A DNA stretch of 64,000 bases from Octopus vulgaris (GCA_951406725.2 OX597832.1:61442001-61506000); one strand, 5' to 3'. Positions 24,766-38,975 are shown, numbered from the stretch's first letter. Notes: a model not told the origin generated them from the sequence alone. A program made the numbers and translations.

Positions 24766-26044
24766 GCAACATGCCTTAAAATCTTTGTGGTATCTAGCGA
24801 ATTACTAGAAATATAAATAATTTCTCTGAATTAATACCCATTCCTTTAGAGAACATAATATATGTTATACTGGATAAGGCAAGTGTAGGCATTTCCATCA
24901 ATCAGGGATATTCAGAGAGCTACACTAAAGTAACAGTAACAAAAACTACTACTACTTCTACTACTACTACTACTACTACTAATACTGGGAATGAGTATTG
25001 AATATCATAGATGGATTTCAGGGAAATGCATCGTGTCTATCACATATGATATGCAGCACAGGCAAAGTCTAACGTCGGTCTGGATGTATTATATCTTTTA
25101 AGAAAGATGGGTTGGACAGAGCTTGAAAGCATTTTCTTATAGGTTTGCTGGATCAATGCTGAGTCATGCTTCAACAAGTACAACAACTGTGAGTTGATAT
25201 ATAATAAGCGATAGCCATCCAAATTTGTTGTATGCTGTGCCAATATACCAGAAAATCTTTCCTTGCATGTAGGTAAAGAAACAATAGCTCTTTTTTTTAA
25301 TTATTTTTTTTTTGTGGTTGTTTTGATAAATTTCAAAATACAATGAAACAGTGAGAAAGATTGGCAAGCAGATGAACGAAAGGACAAAAACAAAAACAAT
25401 AAAAACGATTAGTAAATAATACTAAGGAAGGTTAAAAGATTTTACACAATCAGAGTGAATCGCCTAAATGTCTTCAACGTTTAAATCTACGATCACTCTT
25501 TATGATAATATTTATTCAGCTTGTAGATACAACATAACTACAAAGAGAACCGTATATCGGTGTTGCTGTAATTGTTGCTGCAGTTTTTGTAGTTGCTGTT
25601 GTTGTTTTTGTTGTTGCTCTTTTATCATTATTATTATTATTGTTGTTGTTGTTGTTGTTTTAGAAGACGGATGTAGAGTTTAAATAAGAAAGTTGAGGCA
25701 AAAGAAAAATAAAAGCAGAAAGTGAAGAGAAAAAACAAAACGAGATGAGATTAGATATTGTAAATATGTCTTCATATCTTTGATGTGTTTTGTCTCCGAA
25801 GCATCTGTAATAAACAAACTTGCCGTATGCGGTGTAGTTTGTTGCATGAAATTAGCAAAATCCGCATGATTCGCCGCCATTCTAACAGAAACGTTTCTCT
25901 GACTGCAAGCCAAGTTATGTCATGCCAAACCAAAGATACAATAGAAAAAGATGATAGATGAGAAATGAGAAATGAGAGAGGGGGAGAGGTAGAGATGATG
26001 GAGAGAAGATGAGTGTGAGGGGAAGAGAGTAAAAAAACGGAGAA

Positions 26045-26098
<54 letters not shown>

Positions 26099-27169
26099 GG
26101 ATGTGTGAGCGAGAAAGAAGTGGATGATGACTGAGTCGAAGGCGGAGGTTGTATGAAAGATGAAAGAGAGATGAAGAGAGAGAGAGAAAGAGAATACTAA
26201 TGCTACTACGTTTACTACTGCTACTACTACTATTGTTACTAGTGCATCTGTTGCCAGTGACATTACCGTCGCCGCCGCCGCCAAAACCACGCCGGCGTCA
26301 CAACTACCGTTGCCACAACCATCGCTACCACAGCCATCACCACTTCCACTAGCTCCACCACAACTAAACTACTATTATAAAAGGTCGAGAAAGCGATACA
26401 TAGCTTGATGGAGGAATAGATAGATTATAAAGAGTGGCGGTAGGAGATGGAGATGGTGTGAACGGAGGAGACGCGATGAGACGCGATGAGTCGCGATGAG
26501 TCACCCCTTTGAGTCCTTCATTACATTATCTTTATTTGTGTGTCCTTTTGCGATGAAATTCTGTCTGCTTTGGAATTTACCGGACCGAATCGGGGAAGGA
26601 GCCTTTAAGCGGCGTCGCATGATCAGGTAGAAACAGTAGCTTTATCTGCCTCGTATGAACTCCTGTTGCATTATAAAAGAAAATAGCATATATTGTTGGT
26701 TAACCCATAAAGCGCTGGAATTTGCACTTACATAGCTGAGCACATTTTATGCAAATGAGACTACCATGCACACATAAAAAACAAAAAAATAGTTAAAATA
26801 TCTTCTTAGTATACAATGGTGGCAAGTTTTACATAATCTGAAAAGTCATTAGTTGAACTATCAGTCCTCTTGCATTCTGCGGGGTATCGGAGAGTTTGAG
26901 TGACATTAGACCCCAACAAACGCCCATAAATTAAATGCCTGAGTTACAATCGTGGCCTGTCAACCTGTGCCTGACGGCCACGATCGTGGCCCGTCGCGCT
27001 TTATGTGTTATTACGGTTTAGAAAAAAGTAGGTTTGCAAAAATAATAATTCTTTTTACTAAGGCAACTTCTGCACAATCTGAGCTTTGAACGTGAAGTCG
27101 GACGAAATGCCACCAAGTGCTTTGTCCGGCGCGATATTATTATTATTATTGCTACCAGACGGCAGCAGC

Positions 27170-27250
<81 letters not shown>

Positions 27251-27254
27251 AATG

Positions 27255-27317
<63 letters not shown>

Positions 27318-27320
<3 letters not shown>

Positions 27321-27565
27321 GCGATACTGGATCATAGATATAGGAAGAAAGAAAAGTCAATAGATATGACAGGTTAGCTTGGGAGGTTAAGCAGTTGTGG
27401 TCGCTGAAAAAGATGGTAGCAGTACCAATAAATGTTGGAGACCTGGGAAAAGTGAGTGAAAATCTTGAGAAATATATAGAACAAATAGGGGATGCAATAA
27501 GGATGGAGCACTTGCAGAAAACAGTACTACTTGGAACTGCTCAAATACTCCGAATGGTGTACCTA
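27318..27565 (+). mobile_element. R4/Dong-like RLE fragment following (TAA)n
   Basis: WEVKQLWSLKKMVAVPINVGDLGKVSENLEKYIEQIG...LQKTVLLGTAQILRMV. Confidence 0.8.
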
Positions 27566-27823
27566 AGGGGTTACCTTTGTTCCAGAATTTGGACCTGGAG
27601 ATCTCCATTTCTAGTGACTTCTAGGGCCACCTCTCAGTGGTGTAGGGCGTCAACGAAGAACCCTCGTCTACAACAAGACGACCAAAGTGTTTTTTTCTCA
27701 AGGTCTAGGGTCTCCCGCCCCTAAGCCCTAGACCATCACCTAATCACCCTTACCCGTCTTGTTGCTTAACAGCAACAACAACAGCAGCAGCAACGAGAAA
27801 GAACAAAAACAGCAATAATAATA

Positions 27824-27861
<38 letters not shown>

Positions 27862-29132
27862 AATGATAATAATAATAATAATAATAATAATAATATATAT
27901 AAAAATATATATATTCTCAATGCCCCTGTAGTAAAAATCACTGAAAGTTAGTCATAGACGAGATAGCTAACATTAAATCCCTTCGTTTTCCGGGGCGACA
28001 GACATCGATGCATCGTCATTGTTTTTGCCTATCAAGGTTTGTTGCAAGCTATCTCACCGGTTATGGCTATATACCTAAATGGCTTAACAACCATCTGTTG
28101 GCATGTCTCAACATTTCATGCAAAGGAAAGAGTTCAAATATAAATTTGAAGCAGGCTCGATGTATATAAACAAAATTGAACACTCATACACAATGTGTCA
28201 ACAGGAATTATGCTCAGAATTCTTCTCTTGTGTTATAAAAGCAATTACAGTGTCACGTGGATAATGCTAAAATCTTTTTAAGAATTTTAAAGATTTTTTT
28301 TGAGGTTTTTTGAGGTTTTCTGAACAGTTATAGAGAAATTTGCTGTGGGTTTTTTAAAGCTTTTCGTTTTAATGCTTTTCTTTAAGAATTTTTTTTGATT
28401 CATTAACATTTCACACTGCCACCTTTTTTCATTAAAAACCAATTTTTTGAGATTCCTTATTATTCCTTTTTTGGGGTCTTGTTTATTTTAAACTCCTCTT
28501 AATTTATTCAGTAACAATATTTTATGCTCTTCCTTTACTTTCCAAATATCTCACACTAAAGGGATTTCTTCGTTGTCTTATGATACAGGGTTTCAAAGGG
28601 TTTGTCCTCTTGATTTGCAAAAGTCGATAAATGCCAACACACGAAACTCTTGACCCTTAGGTTAGTCTGAAACGATGTATATGTATCTACACATACAGAC
28701 AACACACACTCACACACATATACACACATACACACATACGTATGTATGTATGTATAGAGATATCTATTGCCTTAAATTAAAATTAAACAAATTCTTATTT
28801 TTCATTTGTATAACGCCTCTCGTAACTACTCTAGCATTTACCTCTTTCTCTGTTTCCTTCTTTTCTTTTCCATCGGTTTCTTTTACCGAAACCCTAAGTT
28901 ACAGAGACTTAAACACACCAACACCTGTTGTCAATCTGTGGCAGGGTTGTCAATCACACACACACACACAATGATGCAGATAAACAGTATTAAGTTTGAT
29001 ATATATATAAGTATAAAATACATATATATATATAGGGATATATACAGATACAAAAACTATATGTGTATATATATATATCCCTACATACATCTATCTATCT
29101 ATATATATATATGTGCGTGTGTGCGTGTGTGA

Positions 29133-29285
29133 GTGTGGATCAAAACAGTTTGATTTAAATTCGTTGGTACTCTTGAGTTTCAAGCGCGATGCTACTCTTC
29201 AGTCATTTTAAATTTGAAATTTAAAATGGACGCTTGAAACTGAAGAGTACCAACGAATTTGAATCTAACTGTTTTGATTCATACA
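29133..29285. mobile_element. Fold-back PLE remnant with hammerhead motif
   Basis: Outer arms ~55 bp plus inner cattttaaattt/aaatttaaaatg. Minus strand at 29165-29204 reads CTGAAGA-G-tagc..gctt-GAAAC-tc-aa-ga-GTA. Confidence 0.6.
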
Positions 29286-29338
29286 TGTAACTCCCAATAT
29301 ATTGGTTGAGTGGCCTCTTTTCATTTGTCCACTCACTC

Positions 29339-29385
<47 letters not shown>

Positions 29386-29386
29386 C

Positions 29387-29670
29387 AATTATAAACAAGA
29401 GCAAAAAGAAAACACATTCTTTGCCAATGTACTGAAAAATAGACGCTAAATAGTGTAACTACATAAAATATTTTCACTTATATTAAAGTGTATAAATTTA
29501 GTTGAAAATATTTTGTGGTTACACGATCGAGTGTCTATTTTTCAGCATATTGGCAAAGAATATTTTCTTTTTGCCCTTATTTATAGTTATATTTACAATT
29601 TACCCCTTCAAAGGTATTTTTCGTATGCTGGCCACTGATAAAACTTCTTAAAATTTTATTTTATGCTTAT
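29387..29670 (+). mobile_element. PLE pLTR tail with inverted 5' copy
   Basis: Imperfect inverted repeat 29387-29447/29530-29588. Homologous to 20040-20180 and adjacent to a TA tract. Confidence 0.55.
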
Positions 29671-30009
29671 ATTAGAAGTATACATACATACATACACACA
29701 TACACACACATATGTATGTATACATCAAGCCTAACTGTTTTCCCATGCTTCGCTATCTCCACCTGGATTCCTCTTGTAGCCACGCTTTACCCACAGTCTT
29801 AGTGGTCGATAAAGACTTTGGTTAATTAAAAATCCTTTGATCGCTACTACGAGTTTTCTATAATGAGCATCTGTAGATCTCACATATTCACTGCATATAT
29901 TGGCGTATTTGATAACTATAAACAAATCATCTGTGTGGTTGTTCGGTAAGAAATTGTCGAACCCTCATACGTCATCTAACAAAGGGAGAGTCCATGGTAT
30001 ATATATATA

Positions 30010-30174
30010 GGCGCAGGAGTGGCTGTGTGGTAAGTAGCTTGCTAACCAACCTCATGGTTCCGGGTTCAGTCCCACTGCGTGGCATCTTGGGCAAGTGTCT
30101 TCTGCTATAGCCCCGGGCCGACCAATGCCTTGTGAGTGGATTTGGTAGACGGAAACTGAAAGAAGCCTGTCGTA

Positions 30175-30219
<45 letters not shown>

Positions 30220-30420
30220 TTGTGTGTCTGTGTTTGTCCCCCTAGCATTGCTTGACAACCGATGCTGGTGTGTTTACGTCCCCGTCACTTAGCGGTTCGG
30301 CAAAAAGAGACCGATAGAATAAGTACTGGGCTTACAAAGAATAAGTTCCGGGGTCAATTTGCTCGACTAAAGGCGGTGCTCCAGCATGGCCGCAGTCAAA
30401 TGACTGAAACAAGTAAAAGA
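30010..30420 (+). mobile_element. SINE family 1, full length (tRNA head, internal TA/TG microsatellite)
   Basis: gtggctgtgtggtaag (A box), gggttcagtccc (B box), internal microsatellite at 30173-30225, tail ...gcagtcaaatgactgaaacaagtaaaag. Confidence 0.9.
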
Positions 30421-30733
30421 GAAAAGAGAAAGAGAGAAAGAGTGTTTCACTCACGATTGCGTGATCGTAGGTTCGATTCCCAGACTGGGTGTTGCATTCT
30501 TGAGCTAAGCACTTCATTTCTTGCTGCTCTGCGATCATTTCGACATCTGACATGAGGCACCCAGTTGCACCTGTGCAGGTAATGTCGATTTGATGGCAGG
30601 AGTCGAGCTTATGTGAACACAAATATTTGATAACTATAAACAAATCATCTGTGTGGTTGTTCGGTAAGAAATTGTCGAACCCTCATACGTCATCTAACAA
30701 AGGGAGAGTCCATGGTATATATATATATATAAC

Positions 30734-30940
30734 GGGAAGGTTTACGAAAATAAACAAAAGACGAAGGCAGGTGGAGTACAAACAAACAGATGTATTAGTA
30801 TGGCGCTCAGGAATAGAAACAGAACAAGTCTTTTACGTTTCGAACCTACGCTCTTCGACAGAAAGATACACAGAAAAAAACAAGGAGAGAAAAAAATGCG
30901 TGTAGGAGCTAACGATCTATCATGGCGTTTGAGAACGCCA

Positions 30941-30945
<5 letters not shown>
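30734..30945 (-). mobile_element. Hammerhead-bearing element, family A, with 12-bp terminal hairpin
   Basis: Core CTGTCGA-A-GAGC-gtag-GTTC-GAAAC-GTA at 30829-30866. Hairpin tatcatggcgtt-tgag-aacgccatgata at 30918-30945. TA on both sides. Confidence 0.8.
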
Positions 30946-30972
<27 letters not shown>

Positions 30973-30977
<5 letters not shown>

Positions 30978-31652
30978 AAATGAGGGTGAGAAATTGGATA
31001 TTAATTTAATTAACATCAATTTAACACCCTTACGTTCTGGTGTTTGCTAAATTTTTCTTGAGAACATTTCTTAGTAAGACCATAGCGGATCTACTTCTAG
31101 CATAAGGGTTGTCCACATAGTGGTCATCCCTCTCATATGTATACAATACAATTTACTGAACTCTCAGATTTTATATGCTAAACCACTGGTGTTAAATTGA
31201 TGTTAATTAAATTAATATCCAATTTCTCCCCCTCATTTTAAATTTAAATTTAAATTAATACGTTCTCTAACCGGCAAAAGCTACTGCAGTAAATTATGTT
31301 CTGCAGTATCATTTTCCGGTAATTTAGCGCGCCAAAACGAGGACTTTTGAAAAATACCCACAAGTGTAATAGGTAGAACTATATACAGATCTGACCTCAT
31401 GCAGACATCCTAATATATAGTTCTGCAAATTATATTTGTATGGACGGTCACACTAAGGATCTACAGACAATTGCGTAAGTAATATTACGTAATCTTTTAA
31501 TAGCGAAATATATATGTTACTTTTCATTTGTCTTGCTCGCTTACGTTCTGGTGTTTGCTAATTTTTTCTTGAGAACATTTTTTAGTGGTAAGACCATAGC
31601 GGATCTACTTCTAGCATAAGGGTTGTCCGCATAGTGGTCATCCCTCTCATAA

Positions 31653-31657
<5 letters not shown>
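30973..31657 (+). mobile_element. Rearranged PLE remnant with inverted and direct partial pLTR copies
   Basis: Inverted repeat 30973-31028/31188-31243 and direct repeat 31029-31143/31540-31657. Degenerate core CTAAGGA...GAAAT-atatat-GTT at ~31452-31520. TA flanks. Confidence 0.65.
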
Positions 31658-31708
<51 letters not shown>

Positions 31709-32576
31709 CGGATTTCTTTCCGTTTCTGTCTACCAAATCCACTCTCAAAGATTTGGTCCGTAACAGACACTTACCCAAGGATCCACGCAGTCGGACTGAA
31801 CCCGGGTCCATGTGACTGGGAAGCAGGCTTTATACCACGCAGTCTTGCTTAAAGTTAACAGTTTTTGAGAGATTTTCAATGGCTGACATGAAAATCCTTC
31901 CCCGCCGTAATTACTTTAGTTTCCTCACTCGGTCTCAGATCTAAACATCTGTCTGACGTGAGCCTTTACAAAGCAATATCATTTTTCTTAGAAAGCTGTA
32001 ATTTTGAGGGCCGGAGTAGTAGTCCATTCCGTCGACTCCATTGCTTAACAAATACCTTAATTTACCGATCCTGAAAAAGGCCCAAGATCCGTTACAAGCT
32101 TATAGTTTTTTTCAATGAATATCCTATAACTGCGAAATATCCTTCAAAGTACACAGAAAACAATAAGACCGTGTCGCATACATTATCCATAAAAAACAAG
32201 GACGTTCAGGTGCTTTCATCACAGACCCACTCACACAAGCTTGAAGAGAGCCTGAATAATTACAACAGCAAAGTCTCAAGAACGACAATTACGTACGTGC
32301 AGGGACAGAGCTTAATAGGCCTGGGTTGAGATTTAATAAGAGCAGCTGGCAAAAAAAAAAAGAAAAAAAGAATACATCAATAAAAATGAGCTTGTGTCTT
32401 TCGGTAGAAAAGGAAGAGCTGAAGGAAATGGTGGTTAGTTTTTCTTATCGCATAGAAAGAAATATTTTAGACGATATATCTTTCGTTAGGAAATATCAAG
32501 CGAACAACTCTGTTCATCTCTGTTTATTATGTGAGAGATAAAATATAAACATATTTTATCTGTTTACGAGTACACT

Positions 32577-32609
<33 letters not shown>

Positions 32610-32678
32610 CATATATATATAGCTGCGTAAACGATGATACGCGTTCACATATATATGTATGTGTATATATATACATAA

Positions 32679-32775
<97 letters not shown>

Positions 32776-32828
32776 GTATGTATATATACACATTTATACA
32801 TATATATATACACACTCATACATGTATG

Positions 32829-32865
<37 letters not shown>

Positions 32866-33169
32866 CTATATACGCAACTATATGCATATATGCAAACATA
32901 CCTATATATGTGTGTTTGTGTGTGTACGTGTGTGCGCGTCTGTTTGTGTGTATGTGTAAATATATATATATACACATAGTAATATATATCGAAATGGATA
33001 TTTACATTATATATTCCCGCATATATATGTTTGTCTCTGTTTGTGTCTTTTTGCATGTATGCATGCGTGCGTGCGTGTGTATGTGTCTGTATATGTGTGT
33101 GTATGTACGTTATATATGTATATTATATATATATTTATATATATACACACATACATATACATACATTAT

Positions 33170-33454
33170 ACGTGTATACTTGTTGCACACAAAGACAGAT
33201 ACAGAGACACTGACACATATTCGTATACAAATACACACGTACGCATATGCACACACACACCTACACACACTTACATACGCACACATGCACACATGCACAT
33301 ACAAGCACACATACACACATGAACGTATATGCATACACACCCACATACACACACATTAATACGCAACACACGCGTACACACGTACACATATACAAACACA
33401 TACTCATGCATACACACACATGCACACACATACATACACATGCATACGCACACA
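33170..33454 (+). repeat. Dispersed duplicate of 36643-36929
   Basis: An irregular CA-rich sequence is repeated almost base for base 3473 bp downstream. Confidence 0.9.
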
Positions 33455-33994
33455 TTTTTTGTATATATATATATATATATATATATGCATATGTATGCTG
33501 GCAAGACGTAAACTGCTTGCCTGAATATAGCGAAAGTAAATGTTTCACATTAGAATCTTTCGCAATATTAGTATTCCTCTCTGCCCAGTGCTGCCATCAA
33601 AACTCTGTATTTGTCATCTTATATTAAGGTATTTCGATATTTCGTAAATCTATCTGACATTATTTATTCATCATATTGTTTCTAAGTGCTCCGTTGTAGA
33701 AAATAGATATAATATTTCGGAGCACAATCATAGTAAATTAAAAGTGCTTGCTTTGTTATTGTTTTCCTTGTTTTTTTTATTTGCTGGAGTTTTATATTTG
33801 CTTTAGATATATTTAAATATACATATATGAACGAACATACATATGAACACGCATGAAGTTATATAACAATATGTATATACATACACAGACATATAAACAC
33901 AAAGTATTTATATACATGCTACACACACATACGCTCACTCACAAGCACTCACACACATATAGATTAACATACGCACACATAGGTATACTTCCGT

Positions 33995-34036
33995 GTGGCT
34001 CTCTGATGAAGGGGTCAAATACGAAACGTTTAGCAC
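33995..34036 (+). ncRNA. Degenerate minimal hammerhead
   Basis: gctct-CTGATGA-A-gggg-tcaaa-tac-GAAAC-GTT-tagc. The core is intact but stems I and II are eroded. Confidence 0.45.
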
Positions 34037-34374
34037 AATTCAACTTCCCTTTTATTAACTAACAACATAGTTTCACCTTTTTACCTTTTCGTTCGATTAT
34101 TCTCGTCAGCAATGTTCAATTCATATACACACACACACACACATACACACACACATACACACACACACTCACACACACTCACACACATACACACGCACAT
34201 ACACATCCATAAAAATACGCACAGATACATACAACCATATGTATTCATCTTTATACATTACTACCTATATTTATATATATATATATGTATACAGTGAGAT
34301 AGATATATATGTGTGTATATCTATATATGTGTATACACTCACGCACACACACACACACACATATATATATACAG

Positions 34375-34413
<39 letters not shown>

Positions 34414-34416
<3 letters not shown>

Positions 34417-34497
34417 TAATATCTCGAATATCGCGGGTGCTACATTCCAAAAACAACCGCAATAGGTGAAAATCTGCGAAGTAGAAACAGTACTGTA
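34414..34497 (+). mobile_element. Tigger/pogo-like terminal sequence
   Basis: TA-CAGTAATATCTCGAATATCGCGG. An inverted homolog lies at 38785-38866. Confidence 0.6.
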
Positions 34498-34569
34498 CAA
34501 TATATTTTGTTTTTATTATTTTTATAATTTCATATAATTGCCTTATATATATATATATATATATATATA

Positions 34570-34662
34570 GGGAGAGTTTACGAAAAAGACAAAAGAGGAA
34601 GACAGGTGGTGTACAAAGCAAATAGATGTATTAGTACAACGCTCAAGAATCGAAAAAGTCTT
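34570..34662 (-). mobile_element. Family A element lacking the hammerhead 5' part
   Basis: Matches 4103-4190 and stops at ...aaaagtctt. Confidence 0.75.
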
Positions 34663-34669
34663 AAACATG

Positions 34670-34980
34670 AGGCCGCAAGAGTGGCTCTGTGGTAAAAAGC
34701 TTGCCTCCCAACCCCATGGTTCCAGGTTCAGTCCCGCCGCGTCGCACTTTGGGTGAGAGTGTTCTACTATAGTAACAGGTCGACCAAAGCCTTGTGAGTG
34801 GATATGGTGGACAGGAACTGAAAGAAGCCAGTCGTATATATATATAACTTAACAGTTCGGCACAAGTGACTGACAGAATAAGAACAAGGATTACAAAGAA
34901 TAAGTCCTGGGGCCGGTTTGTTCGACTTAAGGCGGTGCTTCAGCATGGCCACAGTCAACTGTCTGAAAGAAGTAAAAGAA
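34670..34980 (+). mobile_element. SINE family 1 with internal deletion
   Basis: Head and tail match 30010-30420. Confidence 0.8.
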
Positions 34981-35060
34981 CAAAAGAATACATGTATACG
35001 TTTATATGTATATATATATATATATATATGTTTATATATATATACATATATACATATGTT

Positions 35061-35093
<33 letters not shown>

Positions 35094-37375
35094 ATGTTTA
35101 TATACATATGGATATAAATATTTATATATATATAGACAGACAGGCAGACAGATAGATAGATAAATAGATAGATGTTCCTTTGTGTACGTGTATTCCTAAC
35201 CTCATAAGGGTTTTTGTTATATTCACAGAAAACCATAGGTGAAATCGAATCCCATAGCCACTACTTAAGGTTATGGATACCGCTACCTAATGTCCCACGC
35301 ATTAAACATTTTATTCTTCTCTTAAATCGGCGAATTGGCAGAAACCTCTGATAGAGCAGTGGCTCAGTATTTGTCCCGGGCGCTTGAGTTCAAATTTGGT
35401 GCGGATCGCTATTTTCTTTTATCCATTCGGGGTCGATAAATAAGGTCGATATTACGAGCCCATGATGAGAGATTGGTGGGAACTGGTACAGAGTCGGATA
35501 GGATGTCTTCCAGTATTTGTTTCGGCTCTTTGAGTTCGCATTTCGAATTCTCTAAAGAACGTCAAACCCCGCTGAGGGCACATGGCCATATCATCACTAA
35601 ATATCAGAATGCTCTCAATGTAGGCCCCTAGATCTATTGCGTCCCTTGGATTTCTCCACAATTCTGAAACGGACGGGCTTTTTCATAAGCTTTACAAAGT
35701 TCATTTGATCAGCGTTGTTTTGATGTTTAAGACCAAGAGCCTTAATGGCGCCAGTGATAGCGATGGAGATCGGACTCTCCACTCTTTCTCCAGACTAATA
35801 AAAAATAACTTAATAAATATATGAATAAATTAATTAATTAAAAAAAAAATCTCAACTCGCTCGCCAATGAAATCCCAGTGTTACGGAAACTAGAAACGTT
35901 TTATTTCTTATCTGCAACTGGTTTCCGTCACTGAACAACGGCCATGTTGGGGCACCACCTCGAAAAAACATCATCGACGACAACGAAACGGCTTTGACGA
36001 CACCGACGTCCAGATTATATAATATTCAAGGAAAGGCATGAATATCGAAACATCCCTTCAACAACCTAAACAAATCCAAGCCTTGATGCGAGAAATTCAA
36101 TGTTATTTATGTTTCACGACGTAGTATTAGTAATAGTAGTAGTAGTAGTATTAGATGTTGTTGTTGTTGTTGTTGTTATTATTGTTGTTGCTGTAGTCTA
36201 TGTTGTTTGATTGTTTTTTCTGTTTTTGTTGTTGTTTTTAACGTCCCCGCCAGTTACACTTTATTAACTTGCACTAAATCAAATATTCAGATGTTTTTTT
36301 AAAATTTTTTGTAATTTTTTAAGTGCTTTTTTTTGCCTCTTATTTTTATTTTTTTATTTTATTTTACAACAATCATAAACCACGTAATTCATTATCGGTT
36401 TACACAGTGAAAGTTCAATTTCGATAGATCAAAGGCATTTCAGTCGCATCAAATCGATGACTGACTCGAAGAAAAAAAGAAGAAAAAAAAAAAAAAACAG
36501 ACAAAAAAACTGAAACGCACAAACACACACATATATAGGTAGACACGCACCCTGGCACACAGGTGCGCGTATACACAAGCACACAAACTCATATTCATGT
36601 GCAGTTACATACACATATGCACATATGCAGTGCTAGGTAAACACGTGTATACTTGTTGCACACAAAGACAGATACAGAGACACTGACACATATTCGTATA
36701 CAAATACACACGTACGCATACGCACACACACCTACACACACTTACATACGCACACATGCACACATACACATACAAGCACACATACACACATGAACGTATA
36801 TGCATACACACCCACAGGCACACACATTAATACGCAACACACGCGTACACACGTACACATACATATACAAACACATACTCATGCATACACACACATGCAC
36901 ACACATACATACACATGCATACGCACACACACGCACATACATACATACACATACATACGCACACACACGCACATACGCACATACACACGCAAACACATGT
37001 GCGCACACATACACACAATCATGCGCACACACGCACATACACATACAAACACACGCGACATGAATACACTCGATTTTTTGTCACACCTATACGCACTCAC
37101 AGGCATACACATACATACGTTGACAAATACAGGTAAATACACCACGTGTATACGCGCACACATATCTGTACACAAACACACACGCACGCACACACAAGTG
37201 TACGTATGAATGCACATACGTATATATGTAGAAATCGACACACGAATATGCACATGTATACACAAGTATAAAACGAAGACACCGACAAGCACATAATTAC
37301 TCTTACATTCCCAAATCCAGGTAAACTAGCGTAGATAGGCGAACGCTGATACACAAAAGGTGACATCGATATATA

Positions 37376-37433
<58 letters not shown>

Positions 37434-37468
37434 TAAATAGATAGATAAATATGTTGAAATGTAGATAG

Positions 37469-37499
<31 letters not shown>

Positions 37500-37523
37500 G
37501 ATAGGTAGATAGATCGATCGATC

Positions 37524-37560
<37 letters not shown>

Positions 37561-37562
37561 GT

Positions 37563-37622
<60 letters not shown>

Positions 37623-37875
37623 GAGATAGATAGATAGATAAGATAAATACACACACTTATATGCACGCACATAAATACATACATAAAATCGCATGCAAAT
37701 ACACACATACACGTACATACACATATGTATATACACACACGCGCACATATTGTGACACATACATTGGTACGTATATATACAAGTTCATATATATGTATAT
37801 ACATATATATACATACAAACATATATATATATGTATAGATATTATTTGATATATATATATATATATGTATGTATA

Positions 37876-37945
<70 letters not shown>

Positions 37946-38501
37946 TAAACTCACACATCCAACCAGATTGCAATACCTATACATAAACTGGCAAGTGGAA
38001 ATACACACACACGCACACACACAGACACACGCGCGCGCGCCCGCGTATCAATCGAAATTACAGACATAAAGATTGCAGTAATCATAAAAAAAGAATGGTT
38101 TCTCAGTGCGTGTAAACAAAAATAAATAAACACAGAAAAAAAACTAAAGAAAATAAATAAATAAATAAATAAATACAAGAGGGAAAAAAACGAAGAGAGA
38201 ATAAAAAATATTGCGTAAATATAAATAAATTGATAAATAGAATCGTGAAATGTAAACCATTTAATCTATGCACAGGTAGTGAGAATCAGAAGATGGATTC
38301 AGAAAAAGAGGAGTATAGCCATACGTAGGTTATGTTTAGAGCTGAGTATCATTTCATTACTCATTTATATAGTTGTGAACAACTCGGATATACATTAATC
38401 TCTCGCCATATCGCAGTTTAATTATCGCGTTTTTATTTTTTCAGCTTACGTCGATTCTTTTGTGGTGTTGTTATAAGATATATGAATATATACAAATAAT
38501 G

Positions 38502-38584
<83 letters not shown>

Positions 38585-38605
38585 CATGGTAATAATAGTA
38601 ATAAT

Positions 38606-38673
<68 letters not shown>

Positions 38674-38734
38674 TGATGATAATTATAATAATAATAATAA
38701 TGATAATAATAATAACAATAATAATAATATTAAT

Positions 38735-38778
<44 letters not shown>

Positions 38779-38784
38779 ATTATA

Positions 38785-38975
<191 letters not shown>

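Noticed and set aside
28380-28620. Possible GIY-YIG remnant of a PLE on the minus strand (IWKVKEE)
   Set aside because: Too degenerate to support without an alignment.
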